Source: Folioceros fuciformis
Lineage: Eukaryota
DNA length: 37,091 nucleotides
Reading direction: 5' to 3'
Assembly (NCBI GenBank): GCA_049999805.1
Contig: JBNGIO010006247.1
Span: 112,726-149,816 of the forward strand
Part shown: one piece after another, positions 1 through 12,597 of the stretch
How the letters are laid out: each line of letters starts with the position of its first letter
How positions within the stretch are numbered: position 1 is the stretch's first letter
The notes under the pieces: generated by a model
Database searches by the model: none
Told to the model about the DNA's origin: nothing
What the model saw: only the letters and a program-made list of their open reading frames with translations
Translations under genes and position numbers: made by a program

Positions 1-620
1 GTAAATTGTTTTACTCCAACTTACTCCATACGTGCAGACGACGTACCCTAGTTTAGATATCTATACGTCTGAGAATTTTCTTTAATATATCTTCTTCTCC
101 TTTCTATATATAGTTTTTTTTCCTCAAAATTATAAAATATTGTAAAAAGAAAAATAAGATGAAAAGACCCATTTGCTGTATAAGAGTGAAAAAAAAATCC
201 ACCAAGATGCATGGGCAAAAATGGATTAGAGTATAAATTAATTATTTTTTTAATAAAATAATACTCTAATATAATCTAAAATTTTAATCTTAAATCTATT
301 TTTACTTTAGTGAATAGTTTTTATCTGTATGAAAATAATTTATATTTATTATCTTAGTCAATGATACCACCAAAAGAACTCATATATGTATGTTACTATA
401 GTTTGTTTATAATTATCCATCCATATTGAATTAGTATTGTTTTTCGACCTTTCGTCTTAGTCAAAGGTACTAATCATTGCTCATGAAGAATTTCAATGCA
501 TTGACAATTGACATGACTTTTGTACATATTTATGTAGTTTTTTTAAAATAAATAGATCACCATCCTTTCTATGTAGTTGGTCGACATCTAGGACCCTACA
601 TATTAATTGATATTTTATTG

Positions 621-1063
621 AAAAGAGATGGAGATCCATCTCTTTTAATCCTCATGGTTGTTATAAAACTATCAAACCTGGAACTTCTATTCATGAAAAC
701 AAATATGATGCATTTGTTTTTGCAACTACCTTGACTTTGTGTTAGCTTGGACCTTGTACAAAAGTATCCAAGTAGCTTNNNNNNNNNNNNNNNNNNNNNN
801 NNNNNNNNNNNNNNNNNNNNNNNNNNNNNNNNNNNNNNNNNNNNNNNNNNNNNNNNNNNNNNNNNNNNNNNNNNNNNNGCTTCAAGCTTGCTATTGTTCA
901 CCATAGTGATGACTTCCTAAGGTGCTTTCAGTAAAATGAAATTTTTCTATGTCGGCATGGAATTAGTGATTGAGATCATTAAGAGATGCCATCTCTTAAT
1001 GAGATCTTAATGAGATGCTATATGTTGAGTGATTGCTGCCATTGGCAGCAATCACTCAACATA
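621..1063. repeat. Cluster of three short perfect inverted repeats (hairpins)
   Basis: 621-646 aaaagagatgga-ga-tccatctctttt (12-bp arms); 976-1002 tcattaagagatg-c-catctcttaatga (13-bp arms); 1021-1063 tatgttgagtgattgctgcca-t-tggcagcaatcactcaacata (21-bp arms). Confidence 0.9.
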
Positions 1064-1206
1064 GATACAGTCATTATCACACACACAAGTAAGGATAAGC
1101 TATGTCTTCAGTACGAAGATCAGAGCTTATGATTACAATTAATAAGCAAAGCATTTCATAGATGTAGGCATTATACAATCTTTTAAGGTGAATTATAAGG
1201 TAAATT

Positions 1207-1434
1207 GTTAGAAATTATTGAGAACACTTTAGGTTATGGCAAGAGTTTAGGGTTTAGGGTTTAGGGTTCAACGATGATGTCAGTCCTCAGTCTTTGTGAT
1301 ATCACAGCTTGGAACTCGTTAGAAATTGTTGAGAACACTTTAGGTTATGGCAAGAGTTTAGGGTTTAGGGTTTAGGGTTTAGGGTTCAACGATGATGTCA
1401 GTCCTCAGTCTTTGTGATATCACAGCTTGGAACT
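1207..1434 (+). repeat. Tandem duplication (~111/118 bp) containing interstitial plant telomeric repeats (TTTAGGG)3 and (TTTAGGG)4
   Basis: Unit gttagaaatt(a/g)ttgagaacactttaggttatggcaagag(tttaggg)n ttcaacgatgatgtcagtcctcag...cagcttggaact starts at 1207 and 1318. TTTAGGG arrays at 1246-1266 and 1357-1384. Confidence 0.92.
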
Positions 1435-2264
1435 TGTGGTGGGGTCTTCATAACAGGGCACTGTCTAGCATGGACACTTTGTCCTCCTTCAGCATTCAAG
1501 CTCCATGATCATGAGTGTAGCATCACTTTGGCATGCAGAAAGCAAGATGCACCCTTCATTGAAACGAGAAGAACACAAGGTTATTAGATTGATCCACAAA
1601 CACAATCCATGGACTCAATTATAGCCGATGGTGAGGCTGAAGCTTTATACAACTTTTTGCTTATGTAGATATTTTACTATGAAGTTTCCAAAACCTCTCC
1701 CCCCTTTCCAATGCAAATATCTTCATTTATTTCCAATGAAAATATCTCCATTTATCTCCTTATATGTCGTTCCATAGACTTTTCCTTCCGAATGAATGGC
1801 TCACATCCTTCTTCTAGCAACCTTCTCTCTCATGCCCCTATAATAAACTTGCACATAAATCTTAATAAATCATTTATTATTATTAAATTAATGATAATAA
1901 TACGCAGTACTTCCTGGCTCCATGGATAGATGTAGTAAGCTAGATTCATCACAATATATAAATGCACATCCGCGGCTAGGGGAAGAGGGTAGGTAGACTC
2001 CATTAGTCCACATGGGTGGGCGTTCACAAAAAAAAATAGACTATCTACGACTACGGAGTGGGCATCTGGTCGGTCGTCTGACCAACGCCAAGGGTAGTCG
2101 CACATGGGGCACGGACAGGCGGTTTTCTAATGGAGGACCTTTTGTGGGACGGATAGCGTACTTAAAGACAGATAGGACTGAGGTTCTCACAACAGGCTGA
2201 GCACTCAATCACATTCCAGCCTTCCAGCGTCGGTACTCCAGCACCCAGACACTTTCTTGTGAAG

Positions 2265-5098
2265 ATGGCGTCTGCGATGTTGCAGTCCGGCAGAGGCATG
2301 TCCATGCTTTTTACCTCCATCAAGCGCTTGGACTCCAGCAGACCATTTTCCACGCTCGTTCCCACCTTCCTGCGCTTGCAAAGGGGAGCTGGTGAGTCTG
2401 TTTCGACAAATTTGTGTCTCTGCGACTTCGTTTCCTGTCAGCATTGATAATGTGTCACTCCAACATGCCTGTCTACCAGTCGGCCTGGCTGCTTGGCACA
2501 TTGTTTCTCATGGTTTGCTGGATTCCACCTTGTGTCCAACGCAGCGGTGCTGCCAGCTCGCTGCCAGCAGAAAGCGGCCACCCGTGAATACGCACAGCCT
2601 TCTTCCTACGTGGAGGAAGAACCCCTCAAGTGTCCCTTCGATGTCAAGTATACGAAGCTTCTGATCAATGGGGAGTTTGTGGATGCGGCTTCTGGTATGT
2701 CTCGCGTGGATTGAGGCTTCCTTGCCTTCATCCTCGGGACGGTTGTGGTGACTGCGGGAGCCCCAATTGGTTGCTCTTGTGGCAGGGAAAACGTTTGCGA
2801 CTGTGGACCCCCGAACAGGACAAGTGATAGCTCAGGTGGCAGAGGGAGACAAAGAGGACGTGGACAGAGCTGTAGCAGCGGCTCGGAAGGCCTTTGAGGA
2901 TGGGCCGTGGTCCAAATTGTCTGCCTATGTAACTTACTTTGGCCCAACTGCGCCAGCATTTCCTCCACGTCAACGAATGCCGCAATGTCAAGTTCATTTA
3001 TGTCTTCTCGCCATGTCTGGATGGCGTTTGCGAATAATGCGTTTCCACACGCTGCATCTCACAGGAGCGGTCAAAAATTCTGCTCCGATTTGCCGATCTT
3101 CTGGAGCAGCACGCGGATGAAGTAGGAGCGATCGAGACATTAGACAACGGGAAACCATACGAGTATGCCAAGATGGAAACAATCGAGAGCGCCAGAGTAT
3201 TTCGCTACTTTGCGGGTACTGTGCTGTGTAAAATTGCGGAGTTTATTTCATGAGCATCAGTAGTTGCCCACCTCTGCTGCCTAGCTCCAAGGTGAGAGTC
3301 TGGNNNNNNNNNNNNNNNNNNNNNNNNNNNNNNNNNNNNNNNNNNNNNNNNNNNNNNNNNNNNNNNNNNNNNNNNNNNNNNNNNNNNNNNNNNNNNNNNN
3401 NNNCTCTGATGGCCCGTACCAGGTCCAGACATTCCATGAACCCTTGGGAGTCGTGGGATCAATCCTGCCATGGAATGTCCCTATCATCATGTTTGCGTGG
3501 AAAGTGGCTCCTGCCCTGGCTGCGGGGAACACAGTCGTTCTCAAACCAGCTGAGCAGACTCCATTGTCAGCAATATTGGCTGCGAAGCTCGGCTTAGAGG
3601 TATGAATTCCGTGCTTGTTTCGTGTAAATCGCAAGACTGTTGACAACCGCCTCTTGCTCACGCCAACTTTCAACTCGTGTTGCTGTGCTTCATGAAGGCT
3701 GGACTGCCACCAGGTGTGCTCAACATAATTCCAGGATTCGGTGCCACTGCTGGCGCAGCTATTGCAAATCACATGGACATCGATAAGGTACCTACCTACC
3801 TAGTCTAGTACTCACAATGTCACAAGCTTCCAGCACATTGTCGTCCTTGGAGCACCTCGTCACATCTCTTTTCGCTTCCAGGTTTCATTCACAGGATCAA
3901 CTGATGTCGGAAAGATTATCCTCCAAGCAGCAGCCAAAAGCAACCTCAAGAAAGTGACACTTGAACTTGGTGGAAAGTCTCCTTTCATCGTCTGCGGGGA
4001 TGCAGACGTGGATCACGCAGTCGAGACAGCCCACTATGCTCTCTTTTACAATCAGGTAGGCACACTTGGATCAACCCGGAAACCGTGGCTCTGTGATTTA
4101 GTTTTGGACTGCACCAGTGTGAGACAACAATCTTTTCCTTGATTGGCAATCCGCACTTGGTTTCGTGCAGGGCCAGGTTTGCTGTGCTGGCTCAAGAACT
4201 TTCGTCCACGAAAGCGTGTACGACGAGTTCGTGGAGAAGGCCAAGAACCGAGCTCTTCGTCGGAAAGTGGGTGATCCTTTCAGGAGCGGAATCGAACAGG
4301 GTCCTCAGGTGAGCTCAAATCAGCTCCTTCCGAACGCCCTGCCATAACACGATTGTGTTTTCTGTTCCTTTTCCATTGCAAGCTTTCAGTACTAGGGCAA
4401 GTGACAAGTAGTGGCACCATCCATCCCATTCTTGTTGCAGGTGGACCAGCAACAGTTTCACAGGATCCTGGGCTACATCGATTATGGGCAGCAAGAAGGT
4501 GCACGTCTTCTCACGGGCGGGCAACGCGTTGGCGACAGAGGATATTACATACAACCCACCGTTTTTGCCGATGTCAAGGTAAAATCACCGAGCGATAAAC
4601 AGCCGCATATGGCCCTCCCACCACTTGTAACAGTCACTGATAGCTGCTGCTTTTCCAATCTGTCAGGATGACATGAAGATATCACGGGAAGAGATTTTCG
4701 GGCCAGTTCAGATTATCACCAAGTTCAAGTACGTTGCATACTAACAATCTCTGCTTTAGTACTTCGAACGGGGAGTGAGTGACTGGCCGGTGAATTCATG
4801 GGACATGTCATTGACACTTGGCAGGACAATAGAAGAAGTAATCGCCAGGGCAAACGACTCCATTTACGGACTGGCGTCAGGGGTGTTCACCAAGAATTTG
4901 GAGACAGCCAACACGTTGACTCATGCCATCAAGGCGGGTACAGTGTGGGTCAATTGCTTTTTCGTGCTGGACGCTGCCATTCCCTTCGGAGGCTACAAGC
5001 AGAGCGGAATCGGTAGAGAAAAGGGTTTGGAAGGTCTGATGAGTTACTTGCAGGTCAAGGCTGTGGCCCAGCCGCTCCGTAGTGCTACTGGGTGGTGA
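2265..5098 (+). CDS. ALDH2: Aldehyde dehydrogenase family 2, probably mitochondrial (ALDH2B-like), multi-exon
   Basis: Exons encode [60 protein letters not shown], catalytic TLELGGKSP and [30 protein letters not shown]. The N-terminal exon is Ser/Arg-rich and presequence-like ([29 protein letters not shown]). GT-AG introns; one exon start lies in the N gap. Confidence 0.95.
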
Positions 5099-5867
5099 CA
5101 GCCTCCCTGTCATGTCACGATGTAACACCTCCATCATAACAATACCTTTGCTCGTAAACAAACTTCCGTTTCGTCAAGTTCAAGTCCTTCGCTGAGGGGG
5201 TGGCCTCCCACTGTCTCCACATCAGTGCACAGAGGAATCATAACTACAAAAATTAATACGACTCGCTGGCCACAATGGCAGGTGGGCCGGGGACGCTCAG
5301 GTCATCAGCTTCCTCCTTCGGGGACTCAGGTGCCGCCTGCTCCATACAGCAACTCTCGTGTTAACAATGGTCTCATTCGAAACCCTCACCAAAGAACTGA
5401 ATAAAAAGCCATCAAGGCCACAGACAGAACAAACACCAGAACTCCATTAGTGCTGCATCCCATGAGTTCCTCTGCGAACACGAGGACATCAGACATTTCA
5501 ACGTCATAGCTTCCGGCTAGGTTATCACCTACCCAAAGCTTCACAATGTCCACCTACAAGAACTGGCAAACAGGACATCATGAGGAGAGTAGAGTTCCAT
5601 GTGGCAATATTGTCCTCTAATGTTAGATATTCCCCGTCAATGGAGGAGACAGGCTTGTCCACCAAGCGTGCCAAAGAATACGCCTTAGAGGCCCAAATAT
5701 GTGGTTGCCAGCCGACAAGTTCTAACAAACGACAGCACCAACCGCTGAATCATGTGTTCTCAATTGGGACTCCACATAGAGAACCATCAGTCATGCATTA
5801 CAGAAAGCATGGTACTGACATGGGTCTGACAGCCAAAGAGCTATGTCCATCAACCTTGTAGCAGCAT

Positions 5868-7157
5868 CTAATCTTTGGAAGAGCTTGCCTTGTCAGACGC
5901 CGCCGACTTCTTCCCACGATTGTAGCGCTGCACCCAGAACCACAATGTTCAGGTTTATCCGAGAGAAACAACAAAGACAAACTACATAACAGGCATAAAA
6001 CCAGATCCAGCGCCATGATATGTTTTCAGTGACACAAGCTGGATGCCATGGCATAACAACCATCCCCACGCTGGACCCTAGTTGTGAATCCAGCAAAACC
6101 TCACACACAGATGAAAAAGGTGACACTAAGAGGGATTCAGAATAATACCTGCTTTCCGAAGGAGAAGGGCACATATCTATACTTAATCATGTGTCTAATT
6201 TGTCGCTTCATCGTCAACACGAAAAGGACAATCCAATACAGCAGCAAGATTGGCCAGAACACTGGGACGTCGAAGATGGAGAAAAAAGTCAAAGCAAATG
6301 CGACGCAGAAGGCCTTAGTCAGCGCATACCTGCACAGACGTCACCCATTTTAAGTCTAAGCCAACAACTCAGTCCGTGCCAGCCAGATCCGTAGGCAACA
6401 AGAGAACAACAGAGAGGGATAGGAAGACATCCTAGAATAAGCTCCTGGCCGAACAGGAAGACAAGTCTCAACGTTAAAGACACATTCAGCCTAGAGTTTC
6501 AGCTGAATTTATCATTCCAAGCCCCTTGGAAGTAGCAGCATTACCAGTGGTGCACAGACTTGACGGCAGCAAAGCATGCTACTCACTCCACAACGGCGAA
6601 AGAGTATTGAAAACAACCAGGTTGAGCAACAACTAGTAGCTCGGTTGGTAGGGATACAAAGAAACAGATCAGACCTCTTCATCAGGAAACGTGAGGGGGT
6701 ATGCCGCTCCATTCGATACGCATCCCTCCGAAGCTAGTACACGAGAAGGGAAAACAACAGGATCCTAACAGGCAGCAAGTGACACACAGGCAAGGTAAGA
6801 AGCAAACCAGAATTTGAACTCCGGCAGCCGACGAATGAAGGGCTTGAACTCATCACTGCCCTTGGTGGGCAAGGCAGGCCCCTCATTCTCGGGGTCGATT
6901 TGAGGAGAAAGGAACCCTATCAAGAGGTTGAGGATGTAAATCCCCAAGCCGTATGTGACGATGTAGAAACCCTTGACCGAATATACTCGAAGGCAGTAGA
7001 TTGCGAAAGCCACGAGAGAGCCGGTCCAGCGGGCCACGGGATGCGGTGTGGACTTGTCCAGATAATACTGGAACTTGCGAGCCAGATTGTCCCGCCACTT
7101 CACAGCGGGTGCTTTGCCTGCTCCCAAGGTCGCATCATCGCCGTAGAACCCTTCCAT
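5868..7157 (-). CDS. RER1: RER1, Golgi-to-ER retrieval receptor, 3 coding exons, ~196 aa
   Basis: Exons 7157-6808 ([54 protein letters not shown]), 6329-6149 ([42 protein letters not shown]) and 5927-5868 (RYNRGKK..*). Splice phases are consistent. Confidence 0.95.
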
Positions 7158-7936
7158 CGCGGCTGGCTGTGGTGGAAATACAACCTAGAGCAACCTGCGC
7201 CCCTAGCCCCTGGCAGTCCCACGTCGGGACCAGGTGCCTGCAGTGTGAAACCCTGCGATCGGAAAGGCGTGCTTCCGCAGCTCCCTACATCCATTTGCTG
7301 CAAAGCAACCCCACAGCTCCCATGGCGAAATACGGCAAGGAAGGAAAGCGCAGATCTTCCTACACAGTATTCAGTCGGTGATGACCGGCACTCGGACCAC
7401 AACTACAGTCGCGACGCAAAGATCGTCAACAACAAAAGCACAAGGCGACTGGATTCCACGATGCCGAACATACCATTCTACTGCTAACTGGGGTTTCCGC
7501 AACCACAGTTATGGTTTGGTTTTTATCGACCTCTTCCAAAAGCCCGAGATCCCGTTGCCACACGTACGCGTGTATAGCTCTTATTTCATGGGGATTTCTT
7601 AAGAATAGGTACTGCGAAGATGCTGGTGTCCCTCGTCAATCGTCCCGCCTTCGCACAGACGCGCAGAGCGCAGAACAAGGAGGTTTTTTGGTTTTCCTTT
7701 TGAGTAAATCGTGGGAACTTGTTCTTCAGCTAATGGCAGGGATTTGCGGAGCCATCGAATGCTTTCAACATTGTGCGAAGAAAATGTAGGCCACGTAATT
7801 TGAGCTTTGATACTTTGCTGGCAGTTCCTACAGTTGGAGATGACCGCTGATAGGTTCCAAACATTCAACAGGAGGTACTGACAAAGAATATAAAGAATTG
7901 ATTCATACAAATCTTCTGTACAAAGAGTGTGAAAGC

Positions 7937-10634
7937 TTAGAAGCCCGCAGGTACACCATCCTTTCTCAAGTCGCTCACTCCGATCAGTTTGCCATAGACA
8001 AGGCCACTTGCAACTGCACGGTCTTGAAGGGGCTTCACAATGGTACTCAGATCTTGCACCACAACCTGAACGATGGCTCCTGATGACTTGCTCTCTAGAA
8101 CATGTCCTCTTTCCTTCAAAGCTTTGATGTAGTCACTGGAAAGCTCAATATGGTCCCCTGTCACCAGTGTCCAGTTTTCATACTGCACCACATTGGGGAG
8201 AAGCTGCACAGGAAACATGAGAGAAACATTAGGTGGAAATAGGGGGACCGAGCGGGGTCACCTTATCCATGACCCCAAGGCCAGCCACACCGCAAAGGGC
8301 TGCTTGACGCACCTGATGGTGCACACGGGGAGACAGCACAGAGCTCAGAGGGTCCATTCCCTTCACTAATAGATTGAGTATGACCTGGGCAACGGCGGTT
8401 ATGATTTTTGACCCACCAGAAGCTCCAAACACTCCCATAACCTGGCCATCCTGTGCCGGAAAGGTGGTCTTGCACACTCAGAGACTGTAAAGCTTGAGAT
8501 GAAGCATAGGCAAGCAAGAAAGGACTGAGGCGCACCTTGACAACAATTGTAGGAGCCATAGCAGACAGTGGGCGCTTTTTGGGTCTGATGAAGTTTGACG
8601 GTGAAGGGGGCAGCTTGTCTTCAGAGATATCCGTGGGGGCTGCAAAGTCATCCATCTCATTGTTGAGCAAGATCCCCGTGGAAGGTGACATGAAGAGAGA
8701 GCCGAATACGTCGTTCACTGTGCTGGTGAGCGATAATGCATTGCGCTCTCCATCCACAATACAAAAGTGGCTGGTACCGTGATCCGTCAGCTGGTTCCAA
8801 CTGCAGCAGACAAGGGCATCGTCACACGTTACGTTAGGGATTGTAGCTCCTCCAACAACAACTCCCAAGTACATGATGCGGCTTGCAAACACAAGCCACG
8901 ATGAACAATTTGTACCAAGCATCACACATCATGAGTTGCTGTTGCTTTTGCTTGTATCCTGCAGAAGAAGTATAGTGCAGTTTAGTGTAGTGGGAGCACA
9001 CCTTCCACCGTAATAGTCTGCTGAGAAAGTGGCGTTGTCTACTATCTGCTGCCGAAGCTGAGAAGCAAACTTGCGAGACAGCATGTCGTTCAAAACGTCT
9101 GTCACGTTCACGAAGTCCGGGTCACCTATATTCATACGGATGGCATACGTATGCTTGAAGGCCTCGACCATGCGGTGCAAGCCCAAAGTCCCCAGCACAT
9201 CGGCTGGTGACTTGTAGCTCGCAAGGATGTTCATAATCTGGCCTCCCACAGGAGCCTCACATTCAGGCGTCCATCCAAGAGTAGAGACAGGAAAGCAACA
9301 AGCGTTTTCCACACCCGGGTGATGCACGTGCACATACCAGAATCAAGGCTGCACCCCCAGACGAGGGCGGAGGCATCCCCAGCACACTGTACCCCATCAC
9401 CTCGGCATAGACAGGCTGCCGCACCTTCACCCGATACTCTGCCAGGTCCCTGCGAGTGAGAATGCCCCCTGCTGCGCGGACGTCCTTCACAATGGCTGCC
9501 CCAATGCTGCCTTGGTAGAACACCTTGGGCCCAAACCTGGCCACCAGGTCCAGGGTCTTGGCCAGCTTGGGCCGATAGCACACATCCCCGGCAACCAACC
9601 CGGTCCCATTCCGAGCCAGGAACTCGGCCAGGTCCGGGTTCCTCAAGATTTCCTCGCTCTTGGACTCGATCTTAGCCGCAAGGTAAGGCGTGACTTGAAA
9701 CCCAGCTCGGGCAATCCTGGCAGCCGGACGCACCAGGCTCCTCCATGGCAGCCTCCCGTGCCTCTTCCAGGCCAGGTGTAGGCCGGCCAGCTCCCCCGGA
9801 GTTCCCACAGACAGCGGCCCCACGGACTTGGCGTTCAGGTTATCCTGGTACATGTTCTGCATCGGAAGAGGCAGATTGCAAGCCACATTGAGTCACAGTC
9901 CTCAACTCAAATCCAGGCCAGGCCATGAAATGCCATGCCGTGCAGTGCAAAGAAGAGCAGAGAGCACCTCGGAAGCAGCGGCAGGAGCAGTCTCCCGCAT
10001 GTCGTACGCGAAGGCCTGGCCCGTGGCCAGCCTGAGCAGCATGAAAGCCCCGCCCCCCAGGCCGCTGGACTCGGGGTTCACCACCCCGAGGCACAGCGTT
10101 GTGGCCACAGCCGCGTCGACGGCATTTCCCCCATCCCCAAGCACGTCCCGGCCCACACGGGAGCACCTGACGTCGTCCGCAGCCACTACTGCGTGATCGG
10201 CCTCCACAATCTGGGGCTTTTGATTCTCGTATCCCGTGGGCCATCCAGAACCGAGCTGATGCTGCTGCTGCAGCTGCACGCTTGCACTTCCCTCACCGTA
10301 GACGGAGCGCCACTCCGAGACGCAAATGAGCACCACGACTGCGCTGCACGCCACCAGGCTCCCGATCACTGCAATCCCACCAACACAATTAACTCCTGAG
10401 CAAGCCCGCCCGTTCCCACTCCCAAATAAATCTTCCTCCCAATTTCGGTGCCTGCTCTCGTCGCAGCTGGAATTCACTCATGTTCTCACTCATCATAGCG
10501 GCCAACTTGGCGCCAACGGAGGCGGGACGGCGCGCAGATCGCAAGGCTGGAGCCGGGGCTGAGGCTGATGCTGAGGCTGATGCTGCCGGCTCCGCATCGG
10601 CCAGCAGAGGCCGCAGGGGCTCAAGGTCGGCCAT
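7937..10634 (-). CDS. GGT: Gamma-glutamyl transpeptidase / glutathione hydrolase, copy 1 (type II membrane anchor, extended N-terminus)
   Basis: Motifs VVAADDVRCS, GGNAVDAAVATTLCLGVVNPESSGLGGG, DMRETAP, SVGTPGELAGL, MPPPSSGG, autocleavage/nucleophile DHGTSHF, NNEMDDF, KRPLSAMAP, GASGGSKI, C-terminal VSDLRKDGVPAGF*. Hydrophobic anchor IGSLVACSAVVVLICV follows the first intron. Confidence 0.95.
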
Positions 10635-11901
10635 CCCGATTTTTCTCGACGAAGTGTCCAGGTGCAGACTCCGGGCGAGTCAGGCCTCCTCACGCATCAC
10701 CCGAGTGTTGCCCGGGCAGAGACAAAACCGACATGGCCCCTGCCCTGGCCTCTCTGCCACAAGGGGAGCAGGCAGGCAGGCAGGCACGATGAAAGCAGCC
10801 GGCTCTATGATGGAGACGTCCAAGTCCACGGCATGAAGGCAGGCAGCGGGAAAACGTCGTTACGTCCTCCATTTGGGAAGTTGAGGCCACCCTGTTCTCT
10901 CTCTACCGATGGTGGGTCCGGGGATCTCCGACGTTGTAGGGGACTTTCCTGGCCCTTGGATCGTTCATTGGCAACTTGCCGCCCATGCACTCTTCTGTTT
11001 TCGTCTGCCTCCCAACTCCATCTCTCACATGTGCAGAAGTCTGTCCTCAAACCAGAGTAAAATACCTGCCAGGGCCATATTCTTAAGCAACAAAATTGCC
11101 CACAATAACCGTTATTCGGGCTTCATAAAACCTTGTATATTACTATTCATAATATTTATGAGCTTGACTAGACATTTTCTGCAGTCCTTTGTCCGCGAAT
11201 CATAGAGGAGAACATTTTCTATGCATTTCCTATGTCCTTCCAAGCTTTCATGCTTTTTCTAACCCCATATGTGTTAAGGAGTTTCATGAGTGGAGGACTA
11301 AGATTAACCTCCCTTTTGTTAAGCATGGTGTAGCATATGTCCATTGTCCAGCAGCAAACACCCACCAATTCTATTTTTATACATGGTGTAACATGTGTCC
11401 ATTGCTCTATAGCTAGCAAACAGCCACAAATTTGACGAATAGGATGACAGCAAGTAAAGGGCTAGTCGCATACACTATTTGCCTTCATATTATGCACACT
11501 AGGAAATAATTGATCCCAATCTATAACTTCCAAGGCCTCAAAATAATTAGAATAATTTTTTCTTTAGAAGAAAACAATATGAATGATGACTCTATTACTA
11601 ACTTTATGAATATATTTCAAATTACAAAAATAGTTTGAGTAGTAATCTCAACAACACATGTGGCTCCATGTTTGTTTACAGATGACTGCATACTTATAGA
11701 GTCTCTAAACAATTACTCGTAAAAGATATGAGATAATATGGAGAAACCGTACTCTCTAGGAATGCCTCTTTTACATTGTTTAAAGCTTAGCCACAAGCTC
11801 TCTCTTGCCTCCTTGTGGAAGTAATGCTGACAAACGGGATACGTTCTTTACTCCATGCGCTGTAGAACCCGTTCTCTTCACTCCACACCTTGATTACCAG
11901 A

Positions 11902-12138
11902 CTACACGAGAACTTTGGGCGTACCAGTCGGCCAAGAGTAGCCCGCGTCTGCTTGGGCACCGGCACCGGCACCTGCTGATGACACCGTTGTTGTCTCAAG
12001 ATGACCAAGATCCATGGTGATGGCGTGGGACTCAGGTACAACGGTGGCGGAGACACGGGCTGCTGCTCGGCATTCCGCAACCACTAGAAGCAAGGCAACA
12101 AGAAAGACACCTGCGGCAGCACGACGGGCGAACGCCAT
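11902..12138 (-). CDS. Small (78 aa) putative secreted protein or peptide precursor, family unknown
   Basis: ATG-started single exon with a classical signal peptide (MAFARRAAAGVFLVALLLVVAECRAAA), an Ala/Thr/Gly-rich spacer and a C-terminal DAGYSWPTGTPKVLV*. TATAA lies ~50 nt upstream; the ORF is GC-rich next to AT-rich downstream DNA. Confidence 0.6.
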   Translation of the reverse strand: MAFARRAAAGVFLVALLLVVAECRAAARVSATVVPESHAITMDLGHLETTTVSSAGAGAGAQADAGYSWPTGTPKVLV

Positions 12139-12186
12139 AGCAGCCGCCCCAGGAGATCACACACTAACACGGGGAGAGAGCGGCAC

Positions 12187-12269
12187 TTATAAAACGTGAC
12201 CGCCCACGCCAGTCAACTACCTGCTGCTGGAACGTCAGCACACGAATCTACCGGACATTGGGACACGTG
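12187..12269 (-). promoter_or_regulatory. Candidate TATA box and G-box upstream of the small secreted ORF
   Basis: Minus-strand TTTTATAA at 12194-12187; CACGTG at 12264-12269. Confidence 0.35.
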
Positions 12270-12597
12270 CATTGTTACAGTGGCCTTGCTGTAGAGGTAA
12301 GGCACAGGGGCGAGATATGTACAGTACTGCGGTAACAAATGAAAACAGGGAGGCCAACCTGGTCCATAGCTGTCCCGAGAAAATGACCCGGAATCCAAAG
12401 CGCCAGCAGCATGTACCGCCCACCGCCTGTGTGGGCCTGGTGAGATCCAGCACGCTCCACTCGGTTTTGGATGCGTACGTGAATCTCCTTCGATGTGGTG
12501 AGCGTCAGAAAGTTACAGAGAACCGACCCGCTACATTGTGCGGAATGCAAGAGAATGAATGGGCGGCCAACCCGTGTCGAGCACAACTCACAGGCCC

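Noticed and set aside
3243-3303. Minus-strand peptide [12 protein letters not shown] resembling the ALDH TLELGG motif
   Set aside because: Short match inside an ALDH2 intron beside an N gap, with no further similarity. The real motif is at ~3957 on the plus strand.
9512-11060. Numerous overlapping plus-strand ORFs
   Set aside because: Antisense frames of the GC-rich GGT copy 1 exons and its leader region.
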